A stretch of DNA of 24,000 nt from an uncultured Clostridia bacterium. GTDB taxonomy: Bacteria; Bacillota; Clostridia; Christensenellales; UBA1242. The notes under the pieces are model-generated. The model was not told where the DNA came from. It did not search any database and saw only the letters and a program-made list of their open reading frames with translations. The translations under genes were made by a program, and so were the position numbers. Each line of letters begins with the position of its first letter. The first letter of the stretch is position 1. This document shows positions 8,858 through 17,200 of the stretch, piece after piece. Location of the stretch: assembly GCA_934772045.1 (NCBI GenBank), contig CAKVMH010000001.1, positions 283,646 to 307,645 on the forward strand, given 5' to 3'.

Positions 8858-8878
8858 ATCGACAAAATTCGACAAAAT
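8858..8878 (-). promoter_or_regulatory. Putative tandem Spo0A-box-like operator
   Basis: The minus strand reads TGTCGAA (8868-8874) and TGTCGAT (8858-8864), two sites exactly 10 bp apart, upstream of the XRE gene. Confidence 0.35.
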
Positions 8879-8933
8879 ACGATATTTCTTCGTAAATCAT
8901 TGCAGTTGTGGGGCTTTGCCTTAAAATGATTTT

Positions 8934-9140
8934 ATGAATATAGGTAAAGTTATTAGGGATTTAAGGAAGGAACATAAGATAACGCAATCGCAACTTGCAA
9001 TGGCAATCAATTCAACACAAGACACCATTTCCCTTTGGGAACTTAATAAAAGTTGCCCAGATGCGTTTTATATTGTCAAACTTGCCAAATATTTTAGTGT
9101 CAGTGCGGATTATTTACTTGGCTTGCAAGATGTCATGTAA
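8934..9140 (+). CDS. XRE-family HTH transcriptional regulator
   Basis: 'IGKVIRDLRKEHKITQSQLAMAINSTQDTISLWELNKSCPDAFYIVKLAKYFSVSADYLLG' is a canonical Cro/CI HTH. Confidence 0.93.
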   Translation: MNIGKVIRDLRKEHKITQSQLAMAINSTQDTISLWELNKSCPDAFYIVKLAKYFSVSADYLLGLQDVM

Positions 9141-9264
9141 ATTGGAGCAGTTAATTTAAACTTAAAATTACTTATTCATTTGCTATGCCATGTTAAATGG
9201 CGTTTTCAGTGTGTTTTTTGCTTGCGCACACTTTTTGTTGATTTTTCTGTCTAACCACAAAATA

Positions 9265-9293
9265 TTGACATTATGTAATGTTTGTGATAATAT
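9265..9293 (+). promoter_or_regulatory. Strong promoter for putative structured RNA
   Basis: TTGACA (9265-9270), 17-nt spacer, TAATAT (9288-9293). The expected transcription start coincides with the start of the closing helix. Confidence 0.8.
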
Positions 9294-9302
9294 AATAACA
9301 TA

Positions 9303-9871
9303 ACGAAGGCGCAGTATTCTAGTCGTCTAGGTTAAGTGAGGATGCTGAAACAAGCATAATTGGCACAACTATGAAGTTTCTGGTGCTGGCTTTGATTGCC
9401 CAAATTGGGGCTGGTGCTGGGAGTTAAGGTTTTTGGGTGGTGTGTAACGGCATACACATTTAAGCCCAACTATCGCGGAGACCCAAGTGGGTAGGTTGAG
9501 TGTTATTAGCTGCTTATCTATCGCTTGGATTGGGAACCTGCATACGGCGAAAGTTGTGTGCAGTGTAGCCTGCTTTGAGTGGTTAAACTGGGATTGAGCG
9601 ACAACTTAAATTTATTGCAAAGTACACGCATACTTTTAGGTTGCTTTTGAAATTTTAACCGCAAAATAAAGCTAAATTTAACTGATGACGTTAAGGAAAA
9701 CTTCTAGGCTGTTCGTATGAGGTGCTTTGGGGATTATAGTGTGGTCTCAGTGGCGATTCGGTGCAAGTTTTGCATAAAGGGAAACCGCTTTGTTGGTAAC
9801 GGCAAAGTGCAAGATTGGGAAATCCAACCGAACCTTATGCCGCAAGGTTTACTCAAGGTATTGCCTTCGTA
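9303..9871 (+). ncRNA. Putative large ornate structured RNA, family unassigned (ROOL/OLE/GOLLD size range)
   Basis: No convincing ORF. ACGAAGGC (9303-9310) pairs with GCCTTCGT (9864-9871), closing 569 nt. Internal helices include ATGCT/AGCAT (9342-9357), TTGGG/CCCAA (9433-9437/9465-9469) enclosing GTGTGT/ATACAC (9440-9457), ACCC/GGGT (9481-9492), CTGCATAC/GTGTGCAG (9538-9545/9556-9563), CGCTTTG/CAAAGTG (9786-9792/9803-9809), and AACCTT/AAGGTT (9831-9836/9844-9849). Confidence 0.75.
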
Positions 9872-9914
9872 ATTTGGAAACAACACTTTTAAGTGTGTAA
9901 ATAAACATAAAAAG

Positions 9915-9946
9915 AAAAAAGCAGGTAAGTTTTCACCTGTTTTTTT
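9915..9946 (+). terminator. Intrinsic terminator downstream of the putative structured RNA
   Basis: CAGGT (9922-9926) / ACCTG (9935-9939) flanked by an A-tract and a T7 tract. Confidence 0.8.
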
Positions 9947-9956
9947 CGTTGTGAAC

Positions 9957-10068
9957 ACAACAAACCATATTTTTAAATGGGAACAAAATAAATTGGTTTA
10001 TTATGAGTTTTCTTTTGGCAAAAATAAACCAATTTGCTTCGCTTTTGCTCGCAAATATGGTTTGTTGT
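9957..10068. repeat. Nested long palindrome
   Basis: Outer arms ACAACAAACCATATTT (9957-9972) / AAATATGGTTTGTTGT (10053-10068) form a perfect 16 bp. Inner arms AAATTGGTTTATT (9990-10002) / AATAAACCAATTT (10023-10035) form a perfect 13 bp. Confidence 0.85.
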
Positions 10069-10075
10069 TAATCAC

Positions 10076-10103
10076 AAAAAAAAGTGGCTTAAATGCCACT
10101 TTT
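10076..10103 (-). terminator. Terminator of the 10165-10590 gene
   Basis: AAAAGTGGC (10080-10088) / GCCACTTTT (10095-10103), followed by a T-run on the minus strand. Confidence 0.75.
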
Positions 10104-10164
10104 AAATTCTTAAACTGGAATAATGTAACCTATTTTATTATGAAAATTGAATTAACTTAACAAA

Positions 10165-10590
10165 TTAGTCCCTTCTTCTGTTAGGAATTGAAAGCACCAA
10201 CAACAATGAAACTACGCCGACGCCAATAGCAACGTATTCACCAACTTTGTTTGAGAATTGAACAGAAACGTCTGCAGACCCGCCCAAGGCCATAGAAAAT
10301 TTAACATTGTACATGTTTGAAATAATCATGTAGTTTTTATCTTCTAAATTGCCAAAATCTTTGGTGTCGTTTAAATAAATTTTATTGCCTTTCAATTTAT
10401 AAAAACCGGTGTTTTCGCCTAATTTGTAACTGCCGTCCCATTTAAATTGCAATTCAACAGTTTCAGTTTTGTCGCCAACTTTGTAATTATATTTATAAGT
10501 ACCAAATGGCAAGATAAACATAGGGTAGCCATAACATAAAACAACAAATGCAATTGCAAGTGTTAAAAATATTTTCCTAAAAAAGTGCAT
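10165..10590 (-). CDS. Hypothetical exported/membrane protein with N- and C-terminal TM segments
   Basis: TM helix 'IFLTLAIAFVVLCYGYPMFI', soluble beta-rich middle, then 'GVGVVSLLLVLSIPNRRR'. The upstream region contains AGGAGAAGGG. Confidence 0.75.
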   Translation of the reverse strand: MHFFRKIFLTLAIAFVVLCYGYPMFILPFGTYKYNYKVGDKTETVELQFKWDGSYKLGENTGFYKLKGNKIYLNDTKDFGNLEDKNYMIISNMYNVKFSMALGGSADVSVQFSNKVGEYVAIGVGVVSLLLVLSIPNRRRD

Positions 10591-10784
10591 AAACCCTTCT
10601 CCTTTATTTTTAGTATAGTGAAAAATTTAACGAAAGTCAACAAACTGTGTCAGTTTTTGTATTTTAATTTCGCATTGTAATTTTGCTTATCGTGCACATT
10701 AAAAAATGCTTGACCAACGGCTAAACTTTATTTAAACTTAAAATATACATATTCATGTAAAATGAAAATTATTCAGGGGGAAGA

Positions 10785-12551
10785 ATGAAAAAACGCGCAG
10801 ACATTGATGAAAAATATAAATGGGATATAGGGTTATTTAAAACACAAAAAGAAATTGAAAATGTGTTCACCACAATGCAATTTTTAACCGATGAAATGCC
10901 AAAATTTTATGGCAAATTTAACGATAAGGATAAGTTTTTTGAATACCTTACCACATATGAAAAACAGGAGCAATTAATACAACAATTTTGTTTTTATTTG
11001 TCCAACACTTATGCGACAGACAACTCAAATGTGGAAATCCTTAAACTTATGCAACGCTATGAAATCATGGCGCAAAAGTTGGGCAAAGCAACCGCCTTTG
11101 TTTCACCACAAATGGCGCGTTTAAGTGAAAAATATTTGCGCGAATTGCTTAGCGATAAGCGTGCAAAAGGTCATGAAAATTTTATTCTTGACATCATTCG
11201 CAACAAGCCACACACATTAGATGAAAAATCGGCAGATTTAATTGCAAAAATTTCAAACAGTTTCAACAACAGTTCATCAGTTTTTGACATTATAACCGAC
11301 AGTGAAATGGAATTTAATTTAGCATTGGACAGCAAAAATAAACCACATAAACTTGACAATGCAACCTATCACACTTTGCTCACAAGCAAGGACAGGGTTT
11401 TAAGAAAAAATGCTTTTAAAAATTTCTTATCACAATATGGAAAGTTGAATAAAACCTTTGCTGAACTTTATGTAAGCGACATGAAATCAGATAACGACAA
11501 TACAAAATTGCATAATTTCAGTTCACTTTTAACCGCGCAACTTTTCGACGAACAAGTGCCAGAAATTGTGTTTGAAAACAACATAAAATATGTTAACAAA
11601 CACATTGATTTAAACAAAAAATACATTCGCGCACTTGCCAAAAATCAATGGCTGAAAGACATTGCTTACTACGACCTTTTTATGGACGAAAAAGTAAATG
11701 GAAAAGTAACAATTGAACAAGCAAAGCAGACAATTTTAAATGCGCTTGCACCACTTGGGCAAGACTATTTGTCACGCGTGAACAAAAAATTGACAGATAA
11801 ATCTATCGATTACATGCCAAACCAAAACAAAACAACAGGGGGATACTGTTCAAATTGCTACGGTGCAAAAACTTTAATTTTGATGAACTGGCAAGACGAT
11901 TTCAACAGTATGTCCACATTAATACACGAAATGGGGCATTGCATTAATGCTGAATATTTCAACGAGTTTCAACCAATGGACGACGCATCAATCAGCATTT
12001 TCAGTGCGGAAATTGCAAGCACAGTAAATGAAATTTTATTAAATCAATACATGCAAAAAACGGCAGACAAAAGGCATAAAAAATATTATTTAAACGAATT
12101 TTTAAATTCGGTTAGAAGCACAATTTTTAGGCAAACTTTGTTTAGCGAGTTTGAATTGTATGCCCACACAAGCATAGAAAATGAAACACCAATCACATAC
12201 AAAGAATTGAATGAAAAATACTTTGAATTGAACAAAAAATATTATGGTGGGGCATGTGCTCTTCCAAAGGAATTGCAATTTGAATGGTCACGCATTCCAC
12301 ACTTTTACCGCCCATATTATGTCTATTCATACTCAACCGGCATGTTAACAGGCATTACCATTGCAGTCAAACTTTTAAACGAGCCTAACTTTGCAAACCA
12401 TTACATTGAATTTTTAAAGAATGGTACACACCGCCCAGCAATTGAAGTGCTAAAAGAAATCGGCATTGATTTAACAACAGCAGAGCCATTTGAATACGCC
12501 TTTAAGTTTATCAAAAATCAATTAGATGAATACATTTCACTTAAAAAGTAA
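10785..12551 (+). CDS. pepF: M3-family oligoendopeptidase (PepF-like)
   Basis: Zinc site 'STLIHEMGHCINAEYF' (HEXXH), 'FSAEIASTVNEILL' and a C-terminal 'SYSTGMLTGITIA', with M3 length and organisation. Confidence 0.93.
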   Translation: MKKRADIDEKYKWDIGLFKTQKEIENVFTTMQFLTDEMPKFYGKFNDKDKFFEYLTTYEKQEQLIQQFCFYLSNTYATDNSNVEILKLMQRYEIMAQKLGKATAFVSPQMARLSEKYLRELLSDKRAKGHENFILDIIRNKPHTLDEKSADLIAKISNSFNNSSSVFDIITDSEMEFNLALDSKNKPHKLDNATYHTLLTSKDRVLRKNAFKNFLSQYGKLNKTFAELYVSDMKSDNDNTKLHNFSSLLTAQLFDEQVPEIVFENNIKYVNKHIDLNKKYIRALAKNQWLKDIAYYDLFMDEKVNGKVTIEQAKQTILNALAPLGQDYLSRVNKKLTDKSIDYMPNQNKTTGGYCSNCYGAKTLILMNWQDDFNSMSTLIHEMGHCINAEYFNEFQPMDDASISIFSAEIASTVNEILLNQYMQKTADKRHKKYYLNEFLNSVRSTIFRQTLFSEFELYAHTSIENETPITYKELNEKYFELNKKYYGGACALPKELQFEWSRIPHFYRPYYVYSYSTGMLTGITIAVKLLNEPNFANHYIEFLKNGTHRPAIEVLKEIGIDLTTAEPFEYAFKFIKNQLDEYISLKK

Positions 12552-12608
12552 AATATTTAAAAAAGAATTGCAAAAACTAAGTTGATTTGTTATAATTTAG
12601 GAGTGAAC

Positions 12609-12974
12609 ATGCTGGATAAAAAATCATTTTCAGTTTTAAAAGCATTGAATAAGTTGACTGATGGTACCGCATATAAAGTGGCAACCAGTGAAGAAATTAT
12701 TGCATTGCTTAGCCAAAAAAGCCAGTACGATAACGACAGCATAAGGCAAATTATGGATTTTTTGGAAAAACAAGAGTATTTGATTATCAAATTTAGTGAA
12801 GAAAACACATATTGTTATTCACTTCTTCCCAAAGCACGCATTGTGTTGGAACAGGACACGGGCAAACCAAAAGCAAAAAAGAATATAAATTCGTTTTTAC
12901 ATTATGCTTATGTCGCACTGGCTTCATTCGTTGGGTGCTTGCTTGCGTTGGTTGTTTTCTTTTATGTTTTTTAG
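12609..12974 (+). CDS. Small hypothetical: predicted winged-helix N-domain plus C-terminal TM
   Basis: Start MLDKKSFSVLKALN with upstream TAGGAG. Charged/helical N-terminal domain, C-terminal 'YAYVALASFVGCLLALVVFFYVF'. Confidence 0.7.
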   Translation: MLDKKSFSVLKALNKLTDGTAYKVATSEEIIALLSQKSQYDNDSIRQIMDFLEKQEYLIIKFSEENTYCYSLLPKARIVLEQDTGKPKAKKNINSFLHYAYVALASFVGCLLALVVFFYVF

Positions 12975-13057
12975 TCGTTTTGCAAACATCAAACTCTAAT
13001 TATAAAAATCACAATTTTCAAATAAAATTTAAAAACACAAATTATTAGTCAAAAATT

Positions 13058-13423
13058 ATGTTAACTTTTAAAGAAAAATACGTAATGGAATATGTCTATC
13101 AGAAATGTCAAGGCAAAAAGTCTTGTCTTATTTCTCCGCGCGAAATTATTTCATTTGTTGCGGACAAATATGTCATTTCTACTGACGAACTTGAAAAGAT
13201 TATGACAAATTTAAGTTACGATAACTACATCGAACTTTTTAAAAGTGACAAAAAAGGTAGCCCAGTTTTTTGTGTTTCGCTTAAAATTAAAGGTGAAGGT
13301 TTTCATCGTGAACTTACCAACAACAAGCGCAACTTGTGGTATCAAATTGCCACAAAGGTTGGTTTGGCATTGCTTGTAGGCATAATTGGTTTAATTTTCG
13401 CCATTATAAAAATCCGCTTTTAA
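13058..13423 (+). CDS. Small hypothetical, same architecture as previous gene
   Basis: MLTFKEKYVMEYVYQKC...ISPREIISFVADKYVISTDELEKIMTNLSYDNYIELFK... then TM 'VGLALLVGIIGLIFAIIKIRF'. Confidence 0.7.
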   Translation: MLTFKEKYVMEYVYQKCQGKKSCLISPREIISFVADKYVISTDELEKIMTNLSYDNYIELFKSDKKGSPVFCVSLKIKGEGFHRELTNNKRNLWYQIATKVGLALLVGIIGLIFAIIKIRF

Positions 13424-13598
13424 TAAAAGTGCGCGGTCGTATTTAATATTTCAATCCATGAGTGTAAGTACAAGTTTGTATTAATTGGTCACTCTGAGTG
13501 TTGGCAATTACACTCTATATGATATGTACACCATGAACGTTAGTGAATATGTCGTACTAAGTGTGTCGCCCTGTTAAGTTTGTCACCCTTTTATGTAT

Positions 13599-13960
13599 GT
13601 CACCCTGAGCGCACGCGAAGGGTCTTGCACGAAGCGCTTTTTACGATCAATATATCAAAAGCAAAACAAGTTTTGCAAGATTCTTCGCTTCGCTAGAATC
13701 TGAAGATTTTTTCGAAATCATTCAGGTTCTTCGCTATGCTAGAATGACAGATAACTGAAAATATACATAAACATAAATAACATTATTTTTTTAAAATCAT
13801 TCAGGTTCTTCGCTACGCTCAGAATGACACGTGTATTCAATCTTATGTCATTCTGTTAAGTATGTACTATGTAAGTATGTCACCCTGAGTGGAACGAAGG
13901 GTCTTGCGCGAAGCGTTTTTTACCATTAATGTTTTAATCAACGCTACGCTCAGAATGACA
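13599..13960. repeat. Cluster of REP-like interspersed repeats, two subtypes
   Basis: Type A GTCACCCTGAG..GAAGGGTCTTGC.CGAAGCG occurs at 13599-13636 and 13879-13915. Type B AAATCATTCAGGTTCTTCGCTAYGCT.AGAATGACA occurs at 13715-13749 and 13794-13829, with a partial copy ending near 13960. Confidence 0.85.
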
Positions 13961-14019
13961 GATGTATTATCACCAGTTTATCTGGTGTTTTTTATTTTAA
14001 AAAGCAAAGAGTGGTTTGC

Positions 14020-14160
14020 ATGTTTTTATTGTTATAAGGAAAATTCTGCATACTTATGTTTTTATTATTATAAGAAAAATGCTACATATGCATGTTTTTA
14101 TTTTGACAAGAAAAAAGTTGCTTTTACAAGTTTATTATGTAATAATAAAAATACTAATTA
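14020..14160 (+). repeat. 36-bp tandem repeat, ~3 clear copies plus a decayed fourth
   Basis: ATGTTTTTATTGTTATAAGGAAAATTCTGCATACTT (14020), ATGTTTTTATTATTATAAGAAAAATGCTACATATGC (14056), ATGTTTTTATTTTGACAAGAAAAAAGTTGCTTTTAC (14092), decayed AAGTTTATTATGTAATAATAAAAAT (14128). Confidence 0.85.
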
Positions 14161-14227
14161 AATTTTTAGTTATACTAAATGTAATAAGCATTTGTTGGCT
14201 TGCAACAAGTGCAATAGGGGTAAACAT

Positions 14228-17200
14228 ATGAAAAAGAAAAAGTATTTACTTTTTGTTTTGAGCTTGATTTTTTTGTGCTCAGCAATTTTTGTTTTTAATC
14301 CATTTTCTTTCAAAAGCACATCAGCTTCAACTGAAGATGGAAGTCTAAATGATTTTTTGCAGTTTGAACAGCAAATTAAGGATTTAAACAGTGAAGACGA
14401 ACTCATGTTAAACAATAACGAAACACTGTTAAATAATAACGAAAACTTGTTGTCAGTGCTAAGCGAATCCGACGATTCAAATTCGGATTTAGGCGATTCT
14501 TTAATTTTCTCAGACGATGAAAATGAAGAAAGTGAATTTTATCTTAAAAGGCTTATTGTCCAAGGCAATATCACAAACAATTTCGGTGCAACAAAGGACA
14601 TTTGTTACAAAAACCTTCACGTTTTGTGTTACCCAACTGAACAAGCAACCGCATATGCTTATGGGCAATTCAAAAAAGCAAATTACAATGTAATTATTGA
14701 TAAATATGAAACTGCCGATAGTTATGCGGATACTGATTACGACTACACTTCCTACACCGACAGCTGGAGCGCAGAAGCAATTGACGTTGGTGGCTTTAGG
14801 CAATATTTAACCGATAACAATGTGAATAATGAGGTCGTTGTAGCCGTCCTTGACACTGGCATAAACACTTCACATGAAATGTTTAAAGATAGGTTGTTAA
14901 AAGACGAAAACGGGAAAATTGTAGGCTATTCTTATTACAATTCTACATACCAATATAGCTACGATAATCTGTCATTTGATTCAAGCGACACAAGTAAATA
15001 CAGTTTTGAAGATGATGGAGGCCATGGCACACACGTTGCCGGTATAATTTGTAACCTAACACCAGCCAATGTTAAAATTTTGCCAATCAAAATCGGTAAT
15101 TCAGCTGGGAGAGGCACTAGCACTTCGATACTAACGGGATATTTAAAGGTGATAGAGGTCTATTCAAAAAAATATAACATTGTTAGCACAAATTTAAGTT
15201 TCTCTGGTGCAGGGAAAGATTCAGAAAGTGATAAAAATTTATTTAACAAGAAATGTTATGAACCATTATTGGCTTTAAACATTTTACCGATAACGGCAGC
15301 AGGGAATGAAACCAACGAAAACAACATCGAAGGGTTAAAGGCTGTGGTCGTTTCAGCCTTAGAAGAAAATAGTAAGCACTACTCATTAGCTGACTATTCA
15401 AATTATGGCAAAATTGTGGATATTTCAGCCCCAGGCACCCGTATTAATTCGGCATACATTTCAGATACAGATAGTGCGGTAACCGATGTGTATGAATCAC
15501 TTAATGGCACATCAATGGCTTCACCACAAGTTGCAGGCGCAGTGGCATTGTTAAATTTAAACCCAAGCTTTTCAAGCCTTTCCGCTTCCGAGATTGAACA
15601 AACATTGTATGATTTATCTTTAGATCTGGGTAAACCAGGGTACGATACATATTATGGGTATGGCATGCTCAACTTAAAGTATTTTGAAATGCCTAACACC
15701 CAAGCAAATTTGTCATTTTATAAAGATGGTGAGTTAATCTCCGACGAGGAAAATGAAAGCTGTATAAATTTTGAAGATAAAATGACATTGACAATCACAA
15801 GCTCGGACAAAGATTTCCAAATATTTTACACCACCGATAAAACAATACCAACAAAAGCAAAAAGCTTAAATTCTTCAATCCCTACAGCTGATTACATAGG
15901 AAGTTATACTACAGATTTGAAAGTGCCAAATATAATTTATCTTTATGTTATAGGATTAAAGGTGGTTGACAACAAAATTGTTGCCCGCACAAATTTATAC
16001 AATATTTCATTTTTTAACATTAACACCCCAATAGAAGATTGTTTTGAAATAGACAGTGATGGAACTCTGACCAATTATATTGGGAACTACAAAGAGTTAA
16101 CTATACCTGGAACAATTAAAGGTCTAGAGGTAAAAAAACTCGGATATTCGTTATTTAAAGGTTCAAACCTTCAATCTGTCACTTTGCCAGAATCATGTAC
16201 GGGTATTTCAGGATATGTGTTTAAAAATTGTAAAGATTTAAAATATATTTATGCCCCAGGGGTTGTAAAAATCTGGTTTGCTGGTTTTACGAATTGCACA
16301 TCTTTAACCTCAGTTTCCGATCAAGCTCCACCAGCAGGCACAACCACAGGCGCATATCTCCCTAATTATACTATAACTATGGGAGCAATATTTTTTAATT
16401 GTATAAATTTAAAGACTGTTAGTTTATCCAAATTAAAAGCAGTTGAATTGAAAGATTTTTATGGTTGTTCAAGTTTGGAATATGTCAACCTTCCAGCAGT
16501 TACTTCTATTGGCGACTATGGTTTTGCGTTCTGCACAAATTTAACTGGGTTTAACATTGGTGAAACATTGGAAACAATTGGCAATGGTGTTTTTGGTAAA
16601 TGTTCCAATTTAAAAACTTTCACAGTTGACGCAAATAATGCAAATTTTTATACCGATGGGCTTGGTTTATATTCTAAAGATTCACTTGTAAGCTTTGCTT
16701 CTGGCAACAAAAATATTGACTATTCAATTTTGAGTTCAGTCACTATAGGCGGTACAACTTATAACATTACTACGATTCCTGAATACGTATCAAGCGAATC
16801 AAGTTTGACAAGCTTAACTATCCCTGAGTCAATCAATTACATAGGGAAATTTGCCTTCTCTCGCATTGGCACCCTATATTACAATGCTATTAATTGTGTA
16901 TCGACCGGATATATGAGTAAAGATGCCGCTGGTGTACCTACAGTAGGTGCAGTTATTGATAATATTGGAACAATTGTTATAGGGGAGAATGTTCAGCAGG
17001 TTCCTGAAAGGCTATTCCAATGGAGTATCTTTTCTAATGTTATCATCAATTCGTATTCGACAATTTTTGGGGAATATTGTTTTCGTGGTGAAGATAAACT
17101 AAAAAATAAATTAGTGTTTAATTTTGATGAACAAATTGATTTGGATTACTTAAATATGTGTGCGGATACGGCTTTAATGATGATTGGTGGCATTAACTAT

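Noticed and set aside
8934-9140. XRE regulator as a phage or toxin-antitoxin marker
   Set aside because: No adjacent toxin, integrase or phage genes; solitary XRE regulators are common.
9303-9871. Identity as RNase P RNA, tmRNA, or a group I/II intron
   Set aside because: I found none of the expected landmarks: no tmRNA 3' tRNA-like end, no RNase P core motif, and no group II domain V-like hairpin. A covariance-model search is still required to exclude these formally.
9734-9958. 74-aa minus ORF overlapping the putative structured RNA
   Set aside because: Weak coding character. It spans the terminator and closing helix of a region with strong RNA structure and promoter evidence on the other strand.
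9951-10160. 69-aa plus ORF with GTG start
   Set aside because: It is mostly the two arms of the nested palindrome and the following terminator hairpin, so probably not a gene.
13599-13960. REP-like cluster as a CRISPR or a complete insertion sequence
   Set aside because: Irregular spacing, no spacer structure and no transposase ORF.
14016-14127. 36-bp repeats as a CRISPR array
   Set aside because: The 36-bp units are contiguous tandem copies with no unique spacers and no cas genes nearby.
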